Origin: an uncultured euryarchaeote | GTDB lineage: Archaea > Thermoplasmatota > Poseidoniia > Poseidoniales > Poseidoniaceae | Direction of reading: 5' to 3' | Length of the DNA: 64,000 nt | Assembly: GCA_937899865.1 (NCBI GenBank) | Contig: CALBRH010000051.1 | Span: forward strand, 96,001 to 160,000 | Shown: positions 8,154 to 18,399 of the stretch, piece by piece | Numbering within the stretch: the first letter of the stretch is position 1 | How the letters are laid out: each line of letters begins with the position of its first letter | Position numbers and translations under genes: made by a program | Notes under the pieces: model-generated | Database searches by the model: none | Seen by the model: the letters and a program-made list of their open reading frames with translations, nothing else | Told to the model about the DNA's origin: nothing

Positions 8154-10385
8154 ATGTATGGCAGAAGAAACGCCACCTTAATTGTGGTGATTTTTGCTAT
8201 TATGTGTGCCCCAATTGCTAACGCATCATCCTCTGGAATGAATTTTATTGAAACTACAGTCTCAAACAAATCAGATGCACGTATAAATTCCGTAACAGTA
8301 AACGAAAATAGTACAATTATTGCCAGTTCATATGGCACATATGTTGAGTTTCATAATACTACAACTCTTGACTTAATTGAACGCTTTAATTTTGGTAAAG
8401 AAATATATCACATTGAATTCTCTCCGAGTGGAAAAGATGTTGCTGTTAGCCTTGTTGCCACACAAGCTATACCTGATTCAATTCAATTGATTGATGTAGA
8501 ACAATTGGTAATCAAAGATAAAAAATCTAGAGGTAATGATCGCCCAGGAAATTTAGATTGGTCGCCTAATGGAACTAGGATTGTTGTCCCCAATATGAAT
8601 AATGGTGCACAAGTTTTGGATTCTTCAAGTATGAATGAATTATTCTTGTTAAATGGAGTGCATACTTCGGATGTTACTTGCGTATCATTTTCTAAGACTG
8701 GAAATTATATTATTACAGGTGATGAAAATGGCAAATTAAAATTGTGGGATAATGAAGGAGAACCACAAAATCTTGAAATTGAAGTCGGGGAGGAAATTAC
8801 TGGCTGTGATTTCAGTAGCATGGATGCAAAAATAGCATTTTCTACCAAATCAGGTAACATATTTTCTTACACACTAACTGGGACTTCACTTCAATCTAGA
8901 GACTTAGGAGATAATTATGGATTGAAGTGGTCTCAAAATAATGATATACTATATGTTTTAAACTCAGATAATAAGCCAAAATTATTAGCATTGGATGGTT
9001 CAACTTTTGAGATTATCCATTCTACTAGTTTATTACATAAATCATTAGATTTTTCAATGGAAGAATCTAATGGTTTGCTTTCCAAGTTCTATGTAGCAAC
9101 AGATACAAATCATGTTGCGATTTATGGAACTCCAACATACCCTAATGGATATGGACTTATGGGTTCAGATTTAGATGGTGATAATATCCCTGATACTTTT
9201 GACTTGGATGATGATGGTGATTCATTTTTGGATGATTGGGATTTTAATTGTCTTAACTCAACTATTTGCAGTAGAGAACCAGATTTACAAACTATAAGGT
9301 CAATGGTTATTGATATTAATGAAAATACACTTATTATCGAAGATGTATATACAATGTCATTGATAGACACATATATATTCAGAAATTTGACACGGAAAGC
9401 TATAATCGCTGATGATTTGATAGGTTATGATGAAACAAACTTGATCGAAAACGCATTTTGTGATAATATGGATAAAAATGACTATGTTCAAAAATTAAGA
9501 AGTTCCATTGAATTGTCTGTTGGTCAAGTTACTAATGGCACCATTAACTGTGAAATAATTGATGGATTATTGTTCACTCAAACCTTGGACAAGGAACAAC
9601 TTAAGTTTAGATTTAAAACAATATTTGATGTCTCTCCTAACGTCACATTACCATTGAGTGTCACAATTAACCAACAAATTTCAGTTATTGATTCATCGAT
9701 AACTCATATGGTCGAAAATCACCCGATTTTAATACAGCAAATAGATACAGATGGCGCACTATTGTACACTTTATGGTGGAATTCTGATGTTGCAGAGAAT
9801 CCAAAATTAAACTTTACAGATTTGGAAAAAGAAGAATCAAAAATAAACTCTTTCGTTAAATTAGTTGAAGAAAATCAATTAATCATAGGACTATTTTTAT
9901 GCTCATCTATTATTCTATTATGGCTGATAGTTAGATGGCGAAACCTTTCATCAGTAATTCTAGATGATTCTGAATTTGAAGATTCTAGTGATGATTTGAA
10001 CGAAGATTATGAACAAAATTATAATCAACAATTACAAGTTGATAGTGAAGACATTTCTATTGACAATTCTGATAATTTGACGGCACATGTTAATGATGAA
10101 CCAATTATAGCTGAAGCAATTCCCGGTGAACAGCGACCAATTGATAGAAGAGCTTTTACACTAACTGATAATGAAGAATTTGTTGAACAAAAGGACATAA
10201 AAAGACGTACAGGTAGGACTCAAAGGAATGCACAAGGACCAATTATGAGTACCAAAAGAAAGAGACTAGATGGAAAATTGGATATACCAGGTGAGAAAAT
10301 AATTTCTAAGAAAACATCTGTAAAGAAAGTTGTAGCAAAAAAGGTTAGAAAGGTACGTTCGGTAAAGAAAGATAATCAGAATTGA
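8154..10385 (+). CDS. Secreted, membrane-anchored WD40 beta-propeller protein with DxDxD motifs
   Basis: Signal-like N-terminus; WD repeats (HTSDVTCVSFSKTGNYIITGDENGKLKLWD); DLDGDNIPDTFDLDDDGD; one TM near aa 580; acidic then basic tail. Confidence 0.75.
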   Translation: MYGRRNATLIVVIFAIMCAPIANASSSGMNFIETTVSNKSDARINSVTVNENSTIIASSYGTYVEFHNTTTLDLIERFNFGKEIYHIEFSPSGKDVAVSLVATQAIPDSIQLIDVEQLVIKDKKSRGNDRPGNLDWSPNGTRIVVPNMNNGAQVLDSSSMNELFLLNGVHTSDVTCVSFSKTGNYIITGDENGKLKLWDNEGEPQNLEIEVGEEITGCDFSSMDAKIAFSTKSGNIFSYTLTGTSLQSRDLGDNYGLKWSQNNDILYVLNSDNKPKLLALDGSTFEIIHSTSLLHKSLDFSMEESNGLLSKFYVATDTNHVAIYGTPTYPNGYGLMGSDLDGDNIPDTFDLDDDGDSFLDDWDFNCLNSTICSREPDLQTIRSMVIDINENTLIIEDVYTMSLIDTYIFRNLTRKAIIADDLIGYDETNLIENAFCDNMDKNDYVQKLRSSIELSVGQVTNGTINCEIIDGLLFTQTLDKEQLKFRFKTIFDVSPNVTLPLSVTINQQISVIDSSITHMVENHPILIQQIDTDGALLYTLWWNSDVAENPKLNFTDLEKEESKINSFVKLVEENQLIIGLFLCSSIILLWLIVRWRNLSSVILDDSEFEDSSDDLNEDYEQNYNQQLQVDSEDISIDNSDNLTAHVNDEPIIAEAIPGEQRPIDRRAFTLTDNEEFVEQKDIKRRTGRTQRNAQGPIMSTKRKRLDGKLDIPGEKIISKKTSVKKVVAKKVRKVRSVKKDNQN

Positions 10386-11212
10386 ATAAATTCGGCACCA
10401 TTTTCAAGTTCACAAGCATCTCTTAAAAATTGATTAAGACCCAAAATATGATCTTCATCTAATCTGTTAAAGACTTCGCTGAAGTACTGATCTAATCTTT
10501 CTACAGAGAGGCCAGAATTTTGTGAAGACAATTTAACAATCTCTTCTCTACGTACAGTGTTAGTCTCAAACTCAGTCAATTGCTCTAGCAAACAGTTGTG
10601 AGCTTGTTTTATACTGGCTTTGGATGTATCTTTTCTAGCAGCAAATACCCCGAAAACCATTGGCTTACCTGTAATTTTTTGCCATTCAAGACCTAAGTCA
10701 AGAACCACTTTTTGAGGATATTTCTTTGATGCATCTAAGGCTCTATCACCAATAATTAAAGCGCCATCCGAAACAGATAGCATACTATCGATATCTGGAC
10801 CCATAACTGTTAGTTTGGGATTCAATCCATTTTGTTTTAATATGAATTTCATAAGTGCAACTGAAGATGATGAATCAGATGGTAAAGAAATACTATTCAT
10901 CTTATTTATTGGCACTGAGCCAAATAGCAATACACTTCCTACTTCGCCTTTAGAACAAATTCCAAGATCTGGAACTAATATCAAGTCATCTGAATTTTTT
11001 GCATAATCAGCAGCAGGAATAGGCGCAATAATACAATCTCTTCTAAGTAAATGGCCAGTCAACCAAGAGGGTGGCGCTGAGAGAATATTCCATTGGTCAC
11101 TAAGTTGAAGAAAAAGTGGGTCACAATTCATAAATGCAACTCTACCAATAGTATTTTTCCAAGAAGAAAATTTACTTACTTTTGAATTAGAATTCGTTAC
11201 TACCATATTCAC
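10376..11212 (-). CDS. mqnA: Chorismate dehydratase (futalosine pathway)
   Basis: GRVAFMNCDPLF, GEVGSVLL, SSSSVAL, LIIGDRAL, DLGLEW...TGKPMVFGVF; directly downstream of mqnE. Confidence 0.85.
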   Translation of the reverse strand: MNMVVTNSNSKVSKFSSWKNTIGRVAFMNCDPLFLQLSDQWNILSAPPSWLTGHLLRRDCIIAPIPAADYAKNSDDLILVPDLGICSKGEVGSVLLFGSVPINKMNSISLPSDSSSSVALMKFILKQNGLNPKLTVMGPDIDSMLSVSDGALIIGDRALDASKKYPQKVVLDLGLEWQKITGKPMVFGVFAARKDTSKASIKQAHNCLLEQLTEFETNTVRREEIVKLSSQNSGLSVERLDQYFSEVFNRLDEDHILGLNQFLRDACELENGAEFIQF

Positions 11213-11214
11213 AC

Positions 11215-12423
11215 CTATGTAATTACTTTAAGACGTCTAACACGCTTAGGAGGCTCTATGTTGACAATATTGAATTCAGTATAAATTGTATTTCTTTTTA
11301 CTGGTACAAAACCAGCATCTGTAACGAGTTTTGCCATATGATAAATATCATAATTTAAACTTGAATCTGCGCCTGCTAAGTGCATTATAGATTCTTGACG
11401 AACTGTTCCATCCACATCATCTGCTCCAAAATTTAGAGCCAATTCTGCGACCTCATCACCGATATTCATTCTGTAAGCCTTGATATGCGGGATAGAATCG
11501 AGCATAAGTCTAGAAACTGCAATTGTTCTTAGAATCTCATTAGATGTTGCCAATTGAGCTTCTGGCAATCTTGTTGAATCGGGTAGAAATGGGTATGGAA
11601 CAAAACATTGGAATAAACTGTATTCATCTGCTAATTTTCTTAGTTTATCCATATGAACAAGTCTGTCATTAATTGTCTCAATTGTTCCAAACAACATAGT
11701 ACAATTAGACGGAATACCTAAAGCATGGGCTTGACGATGAATTTCCAAATATTCTTCTGAACTTTCTTTACCATTGCAAATTATTTCTCTAATGCTATCA
11801 TTAAGAATTTCTGCTCCGCCACCTGGAAGAGAATCCAGTCCAGCATTTCTCAATTTGGTCAAGGTTTCATTAAATGAAATTCCACTTTGTTGTGAAAGAT
11901 GTTTGACTTCAACAGCAGTAAGTGCTTTAATTGAAATTTCAGGAAATTTTTCTTTAGCTGAAGAAATTAATTCAACATAGTGATCAACATTCCAATCAGG
12001 ATGTAGCCCCCCTACGGAATGAACCTCATCTATTGATTTGGAAAATTTACTCATCTCTTCAAGATAATTTTCTATTGATAATTCATACGCATCAGATTGT
12101 TTTTTACTACGTCTAAATGCACAGAATTTACAGGCTAAAACACATATATTTGTTTGATTTATATGAACATTAGAATTGAAAAATACATGTTTGCCATATC
12201 TTGCAATCTTTACTAAGTTAGCCAATTGACCGACTTCAAACAAACTACTATGCTGGTACAATATGTGTCCGTCTGATATCGATAATCTCTGTCCATTACC
12301 GAGTTTACTGACTATATCCTTTAGTCCTACACTCCATTGTTTTTCTAGTAACAAAGGACGTAAATTATCCACCCAATTAGAATCATTACCCGCAATATCG
12401 GGCGATGAAATCCAATCAGTCAT
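11215..12423 (-). CDS. mqnE: Aminofutalosine synthase, radical SAM
   Basis: HINQTNICVLACKFCAF (CxxxCxxC), EVHSVGGLHP, IKALTAVEV, LPGGGAEIL, NCTMLFG, HIKAY. These fit MqnE better than MqnC. Confidence 0.85.
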   Translation of the reverse strand: MTDWISSPDIAGNDSNWVDNLRPLLLEKQWSVGLKDIVSKLGNGQRLSISDGHILYQHSSLFEVGQLANLVKIARYGKHVFFNSNVHINQTNICVLACKFCAFRRSKKQSDAYELSIENYLEEMSKFSKSIDEVHSVGGLHPDWNVDHYVELISSAKEKFPEISIKALTAVEVKHLSQQSGISFNETLTKLRNAGLDSLPGGGAEILNDSIREIICNGKESSEEYLEIHRQAHALGIPSNCTMLFGTIETINDRLVHMDKLRKLADEYSLFQCFVPYPFLPDSTRLPEAQLATSNEILRTIAVSRLMLDSIPHIKAYRMNIGDEVAELALNFGADDVDGTVRQESIMHLAGADSSLNYDIYHMAKLVTDAGFVPVKRNTIYTEFNIVNIEPPKRVRRLKVIT

Positions 12424-12466
12424 ACCATGGGCTCGTTGCCATACTTCAAATATATATGTACAAAAT

Positions 12467-15367
12467 CTAACGACTATTACCTATGGCAAAAATCTTAGAA
12501 TTTACAATGAATTTTCTAAATTCTTCTATCACTACTACCAAAGACGATACAAAAATTATTATCATCCAATCATTCATTGACAACACTTTTGTAGATAATA
12601 GACCACTTATCTCAAAATTTGTTAATGGTATTGTTACATTTGCTAACTGAACAAAGAATAACAGCAAAGCGAAGGAGGCTAAGAATGCAATATTTATCGC
12701 TTTATTTGAAAACACACCAAGTGAAAATATACTTTCTTCTTGAGACCTACAATTCATCACGTTGAATAATTGAAACATTATGAATACTGAAAGTGTCATA
12801 GTTTGGGCATGAACAAAACGGTCATCTGCATAATTCTCCCATTCAGAGATTGCTGCTTCATCTCCAGCTTGACAAGCAGCTTGATCAAACGGTAAATTAG
12901 TATCTTCAGATAATGGTAATCCACCACATGTCTCAAGCCCACCACCAGCTAAGAAGAAAACCAATAGTGTCCCTGTAACCATTACTGCTCCAAGATAGAA
13001 AATTAGCCAAATATCATTACGATTAGGTAATCCTTCATCTACTGGTCTTGGAGGCCTATTCATTACATTACCATGTTTCTTTTCAACACCTAATGCAACA
13101 GCAGGAGGACCATCCATCAAAATATTAATCACCAAGATTTGAGTAGCAGTAAGTGGTAAATTCCATCCAAAAATCAACGTTGATATTATTATAAGGGATA
13201 CTGCTGCGACATTCGTAGATACTTGATATCTTACGAAGTTACGTATATTTTGGTAAATTTTTCTACCTTCTTCAACTGCATGAACGATATTTGCAAAGTT
13301 ATCGTCTTGAAGCACCATATCTGCTGCATCTTTAGCAACATCAGTACCAGAAATCCCCATTGCTATACCAATATTAGCTCTTGATAGTGCTGGTGCATCA
13401 TTAACACCATCACCCGTCATTGCAACAATCTCGCCTTGGCTTTGTAGTGAACTAACAATTCGCATTTTTTGATCTGGAGCAACTCTAGAAAATATTGTCG
13501 AATTTATCGAAGCCTCATCCATTTCTGCATCTGAAAATTTAGATATTGCACCACCATTAACTGCAGGAATTCCACCATCTGTTATACCCAACTCTTTACC
13601 AATTGCAGTTGCTGTAAATTGCTGATCGCCAGTAATCATTTTTACTTTAATACCTGCATTTTGACAGATTTCAATAGCTTCCTTGACCTCTGGTCTTGGT
13701 GGATCCATTATTCCAATCAATCCAAGGAATATAAGCCCTGATTCTATTTTTTCCATATCGTACATATCTTCATCGTCATCAAGTTTACGAGCACAAAGTG
13801 CTAATACTCTCATTGCTCTTCCAGCCATATCCTTGTTGGCTTCTGTTGCCTTATCGAAGTCAGCAGGCTCAATAGGAACTATTTCATCACCAGATACTTT
13901 CCATTCAACTAAATCGATATATCCGCCAGCACCGCCTTTTGAAAATACCCACTTTTCTCCTTCATACTCATGTATAACAGACATTCGCTTTCGCTTCGTA
14001 TCAAAGAAAAATTCATGAATTCGGCTATGTCTTTGAGCAAATTTTTGTACATCTCCGTTGATCTTCCATCCGGCAACTGCACAGGCTGAATCTGTTGGAT
14101 CACCTAATGCTTCCCAAACTCCATCAGTCTTTTTTATTTGTGAATTATGGCAAAGGCTTAGACAAGCGGCTGCTAATCTAAAACCTAAATTGTTTTGATG
14201 TTTTGATAAATCATCATCTCCTAATGGTTTACCCTCAAGTAATATCTCACCTTTAGGTTTGAATCCTTCTCCAGTAATTTGGAAATTTCCTTCGGTTGTA
14301 GAAATTTGCCTAGCTGTCATCTGATTTTTTGTTAATGTACCAGTTTTATCAGAGCAAATAACTGTGGTGGAACCAAGTGTTTCTACCGCCTTCATTCTAC
14401 GAATTATAGCCTTATGGCGTGCCATATTACGCATTCCTAGTGCTAGTGTAATGACCAAAATAATTGGAAGTCCTTCTGGAACAATCGCTACGAAAATTGC
14501 TATGGCGATAATGAACTGATCAACGGCAGCTTCCCAAATGTCAAGTTTTGGATTACCATAGGCTATAATCATCTCAATTGAAACCAATAATACCGCAACA
14601 ATTAGGGCTATGAATCCAAGGAATTTACCTAAGGATTCTAATTTCAATTCAAGAGGTGTTTTAGGAGTATCTGAACTTGCTATATCACTGGCTATTTTGC
14701 CTAATTGCGTTTTCATTCCTGTTGATACTACTACTCCAACTGCCCTTCCAGTAGCCACACATGTGCCCATGAATGCCATATTTTTCCTATCTGCAAGTAA
14801 TGTATCAAGAGGTAAATTTTCAACAGATTTTTCGATTGTTAATGATTCTCCAGTTAGAGCCGATTCATCAATTCTACATTGATATGATTCCAAAATTCTA
14901 ATATCAGCGGGAACATTTAATCCTTCATATAAATTTACAATGTCACCAGGAACCAATTGCGATGTTGCAATCTCGACATCCGTATCATTTCTAACCACTA
15001 CACATTGTGATACTGACATTTGTTTTAGAGACTCCATAGCCTGTTCTGCTTGACCTTCTTGCCAATAACCAAAATACGCATTTGCTGTTAGAACCATAAA
15101 AATAAAGATTGCATCACCGGGTTCATCTGGATGAATTAAAAGTGCCACTATTGCCGCGCCAATTAACAAATAATTTAGTGGATCATTGTATTGAGATAAA
15201 AACCGTTTCCAACCTGGCACCCTTTCAGGTTCTGCGAGTTTGTTTTCTCCATATTTCTCTCGTCGACGATTGACTTCTTTATTAGAAAGACCTGAACGAT
15301 TAACGTCTAAATCCGCCAAAACTTGATCAGTGCTCAATTGATGCCAATTATCATTCATTATAATCAA
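12467..15367 (-). CDS. P-type cation-transporting ATPase, P2A (PMR1/SPCA-like)
   Basis: TGES, VPEGLP, CSDKTGTLT, KGG, DPPR, MITGD, MTGDGVNDAPAL, INILMDGPPA. Confidence 0.95.
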   Translation of the reverse strand: MIIMNDNWHQLSTDQVLADLDVNRSGLSNKEVNRRREKYGENKLAEPERVPGWKRFLSQYNDPLNYLLIGAAIVALLIHPDEPGDAIFIFMVLTANAYFGYWQEGQAEQAMESLKQMSVSQCVVVRNDTDVEIATSQLVPGDIVNLYEGLNVPADIRILESYQCRIDESALTGESLTIEKSVENLPLDTLLADRKNMAFMGTCVATGRAVGVVVSTGMKTQLGKIASDIASSDTPKTPLELKLESLGKFLGFIALIVAVLLVSIEMIIAYGNPKLDIWEAAVDQFIIAIAIFVAIVPEGLPIILVITLALGMRNMARHKAIIRRMKAVETLGSTTVICSDKTGTLTKNQMTARQISTTEGNFQITGEGFKPKGEILLEGKPLGDDDLSKHQNNLGFRLAAACLSLCHNSQIKKTDGVWEALGDPTDSACAVAGWKINGDVQKFAQRHSRIHEFFFDTKRKRMSVIHEYEGEKWVFSKGGAGGYIDLVEWKVSGDEIVPIEPADFDKATEANKDMAGRAMRVLALCARKLDDDEDMYDMEKIESGLIFLGLIGIMDPPRPEVKEAIEICQNAGIKVKMITGDQQFTATAIGKELGITDGGIPAVNGGAISKFSDAEMDEASINSTIFSRVAPDQKMRIVSSLQSQGEIVAMTGDGVNDAPALSRANIGIAMGISGTDVAKDAADMVLQDDNFANIVHAVEEGRKIYQNIRNFVRYQVSTNVAAVSLIIISTLIFGWNLPLTATQILVINILMDGPPAVALGVEKKHGNVMNRPPRPVDEGLPNRNDIWLIFYLGAVMVTGTLLVFFLAGGGLETCGGLPLSEDTNLPFDQAACQAGDEAAISEWENYADDRFVHAQTMTLSVFIMFQLFNVMNCRSQEESIFSLGVFSNKAINIAFLASFALLLFFVQLANVTIPLTNFEISGLLSTKVLSMNDWMIIIFVSSLVVVIEEFRKFIVNSKIFAIGNSR

Positions 15368-15458
15368 CCTTAACTTAACGACGATAAATCAACTTATCAT
15401 ATTGGTGGTGGTTTACCCATTCATTTTGCGATGTTTTGAACAATTAGATAATTTTAGC

Positions 15459-17510
15459 ATGGTTATGGCAGGACACGGTGAGCCTTATATCCCAGCGAGT
15501 GAATCGCCGCTTGAGTTAACTGTTAGAGTGGTAATAGTAGGTATATTACTAGGAATATTGATGACAGCAGCAAATGCTTACCTCGGACTATATGCTGGAA
15601 TGACTGTATCTGCAAGTATTCCTGCTGCAGTAATGTCTATGATAATTCTTAGATCATTGTTCAAAGATGTAACCATCTTGGAAAATAATGCTGTTCAAAC
15701 TATGGCTAGTGCCGGAGAATCTCTTGCTGCTGGAGTTATATTTACTGTTCCTGCATTGTTAGTAATTCCAAATTTGTGGGATGATATCCAATTACTTGAG
15801 ACGACAATAATTGCATTGCTTGGAGGACTGATGGGTACAATGTTCACTATTGCACTAAGACGATTATTTATCGTTGAAGAAGCTCTACCATATCCAGAAG
15901 GTGTTGCGTGTAGAGAAGTTTTAGTTGCAGGAGAAGAAGGTGGCGAAGGTTCCCAGGCTATTATTTACGCACTTGGAATAGGTGCGATATATGGTTTGAT
16001 GGTCAAGGGTTTTCAGGCTACACATCACACGGTGGAAGGAGTTGTAGACTTCTTAGGAACAAAGATATATGGTGGAATAGACCTATCAGTCGCATTGTTA
16101 TCTGTTGGTTTCATTGTGGGAATTAGAATTGCTTCATTCATTTTCTTAGGAGGAATGTTCGGATTTATGATTCTAGTACCAATGTATGGTTTGATTAATG
16201 GCTGGGGTCCAGGGGACACAAGCGTTGAGCAATTCAAATGGATTTGGACTACTCAAATCAGATATGCAGGAGTTGGTGCAATGGTAGTAGGTGGTTTGTA
16301 CACACTATGGTCTATGAGAAAAAGCATCATTACTGGTATTTCAAAAGCCATTAAGTCCAGTTCTGGAGAAGATGAAAATTTACTAAGAACCGAGATCGAT
16401 TTGCCAATGAAATTTGTTTTTGTATTTTGTACCGTAATAGTTGGATTGACTTTGTTGTTCTATTGGTGGAAAACTGGCTCGCTAATTCTATCAATAGCAG
16501 GTGCTGCATTTTTAGCAGTAACAGCTTTCTTTTTCGCAGCAGTAGCAGGTTATATCGCAGGAGTAGTGGGTTCTTCTAACTCTCCTGTATCAGGTATGAC
16601 TATTGCAACCTTACTATTTACTGTAGCATTAGTTTGGGTTATTGGAGATTTGATGTTGGGGCTTTCTACTCCCACTCTAATGCTTGCAACAATGCTAATT
16701 GCATCCATAGTAGCATCTTCAGCAGCAATAGCTGGCGACGTTATGCAGGATTTGAAAACTGGTCATATGGTTGGTGCTACCCCTAGATTGCAACAAACCG
16801 CTGAAATTATCGGTGTAATTACTGGAGCATTAGTTATTGGTCCAACATTAAAATTACTTCACAATGCATTTGGAATTACTAAAACTGCTTGCTTGAGAGA
16901 GGCGGCAGAAACTGGAAGAAATTGTGACAATGCCCTTTATGCACCGCAGGCTGAACTAATTGGCGATATTGTGAGGGGTTCTTTTGTAGGTGACATAAAT
17001 ATGCAAATGATTATTCTAGGAGTAGTAATCGCTATTGTACTAATTTGGCTAAAGATGCCAGTAATGAGTGTTGCAATAGGAATATATCTTCCACTTGGTC
17101 TTTCAGTACCTATTATGTTAGGTGGAGTTTTGTCATATTTTGCTTTTAGAAGTGCTCACTTAAGAGTTGATGGTGAATTAAGAGATAAGCCATCCAAAAA
17201 GGCAGTTGATGCCGCCAAAGAGGTAGAAAATCGGGGCGTATTAATTGGTGCAGGATTTATTGCTGGAGAATCAATACTAGGTGTATTGGTAGCCTTATTG
17301 ATTGTATTAAATATTGATTTAACATCAATTTTCAGCACTGGAGTACTGAATAATTTCCTTTCATTAGCCTTCTTCGGTTGGTTCGTTTTGGTTTTCTTAT
17401 GGTTGGCTACCAGGTCTTTGCCAAGTAATGGTAACTTGCTTAGAGATTTTGCACTGATTTTCAAAGATGTTGTTGGTAAGATAGTATCTATGTTTAGAAC
17501 GACAAAATAA
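15459..17510 (+). CDS. OPT family oligopeptide transporter
   Basis: NAYLGLYAGMTVSASIPAAV, ENNAVQTMASAGES, LPYPEGVAC, GSSNSPVSGMTI, MQDLKTGHMVGATP, APQA. Track start 15402; ATG 15459 or 15465 more likely. Confidence 0.93.
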   Translation: MVMAGHGEPYIPASESPLELTVRVVIVGILLGILMTAANAYLGLYAGMTVSASIPAAVMSMIILRSLFKDVTILENNAVQTMASAGESLAAGVIFTVPALLVIPNLWDDIQLLETTIIALLGGLMGTMFTIALRRLFIVEEALPYPEGVACREVLVAGEEGGEGSQAIIYALGIGAIYGLMVKGFQATHHTVEGVVDFLGTKIYGGIDLSVALLSVGFIVGIRIASFIFLGGMFGFMILVPMYGLINGWGPGDTSVEQFKWIWTTQIRYAGVGAMVVGGLYTLWSMRKSIITGISKAIKSSSGEDENLLRTEIDLPMKFVFVFCTVIVGLTLLFYWWKTGSLILSIAGAAFLAVTAFFFAAVAGYIAGVVGSSNSPVSGMTIATLLFTVALVWVIGDLMLGLSTPTLMLATMLIASIVASSAAIAGDVMQDLKTGHMVGATPRLQQTAEIIGVITGALVIGPTLKLLHNAFGITKTACLREAAETGRNCDNALYAPQAELIGDIVRGSFVGDINMQMIILGVVIAIVLIWLKMPVMSVAIGIYLPLGLSVPIMLGGVLSYFAFRSAHLRVDGELRDKPSKKAVDAAKEVENRGVLIGAGFIAGESILGVLVALLIVLNIDLTSIFSTGVLNNFLSLAFFGWFVLVFLWLATRSLPSNGNLLRDFALIFKDVVGKIVSMFRTTK

Positions 17511-17571
17511 TCAAAGGATGTTAATCAAAACCATCAAAGGTTGTCTTTGATGACCGGTCATTGGTCGTATT

Positions 17572-18399
17572 ATGTCAATGTCTACTTCTGAACTAAAAGA
17601 AATCGCAAGAAAATGTCGTGTCGAAATTGTCAAGATGGTATACAGAGCCCAAGCAGGTCACCCTGGAGGTTCATTGTCAGAAATTGATTTGATTAGTGCA
17701 TTATATGGAAATTATCTAAGAGTCAAACCAAATGAACCAAATTGGGATGATAGAGATAGATTCATTCTATCGAAGGGACATGCATCTCCTGGTATGTACG
17801 CAATTTTAGCAGAAATGGGATTTATTTCAAAAGAAGATCTAGAATCATATCGAGTTCTAGGAGGTATATGTCAAGGACATGTCGACATGAAATGGTGCCC
17901 TGGAGTTGATTTTTCCGCTGGTTCCCTTGGAATGGGGCTTTCATTTGGAATGGGATGTGCTATCGCTGGAAGATTATCAGGTAGTGAACGTAATATATTT
18001 GTCATGTTAGGCGATGGAGAAATTCAAGAAGGTAGTATTTGGGAGGCTGCAATGGCAGCAAAACATCATGAGTTAGGAAATTTGAAAGTTATTTTAGATA
18101 GAAATAGAATACAAAATGATGATTTCTGTGTAACACAAATGCGGATGTTCGACATACCAGCAAAATGGGAATCATTCGGTTGGGATGTTATGGAAATAGA
18201 TGGTCATAACATGGATGATGTTGTTAGAGGATTAGATTTCTTAGTCAACAATAATGATAATCCTGCTATATTGATAGCAAATACCATCAAAGGAAAAGGT
18301 GTATCTTTCATGGAAGATAATCCAGCTTTCCATGGAGCAGCACCTAATGATGAGCAATTTAAATTGGCTATGAATGAATTAGGCGAGGTGATGTCATGA
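17572..18399 (+). CDS. Transketolase, N-terminal (TPP-binding) subunit
   Basis: GHPGGSLS, DRDRFILSKGHASP, QGH, AGSLGMG, LGDGEIQEGSIWEA, TIKGKG, FHG. Confidence 0.95.
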   Translation: MSMSTSELKEIARKCRVEIVKMVYRAQAGHPGGSLSEIDLISALYGNYLRVKPNEPNWDDRDRFILSKGHASPGMYAILAEMGFISKEDLESYRVLGGICQGHVDMKWCPGVDFSAGSLGMGLSFGMGCAIAGRLSGSERNIFVMLGDGEIQEGSIWEAAMAAKHHELGNLKVILDRNRIQNDDFCVTQMRMFDIPAKWESFGWDVMEIDGHNMDDVVRGLDFLVNNNDNPAILIANTIKGKGVSFMEDNPAFHGAAPNDEQFKLAMNELGEVMS

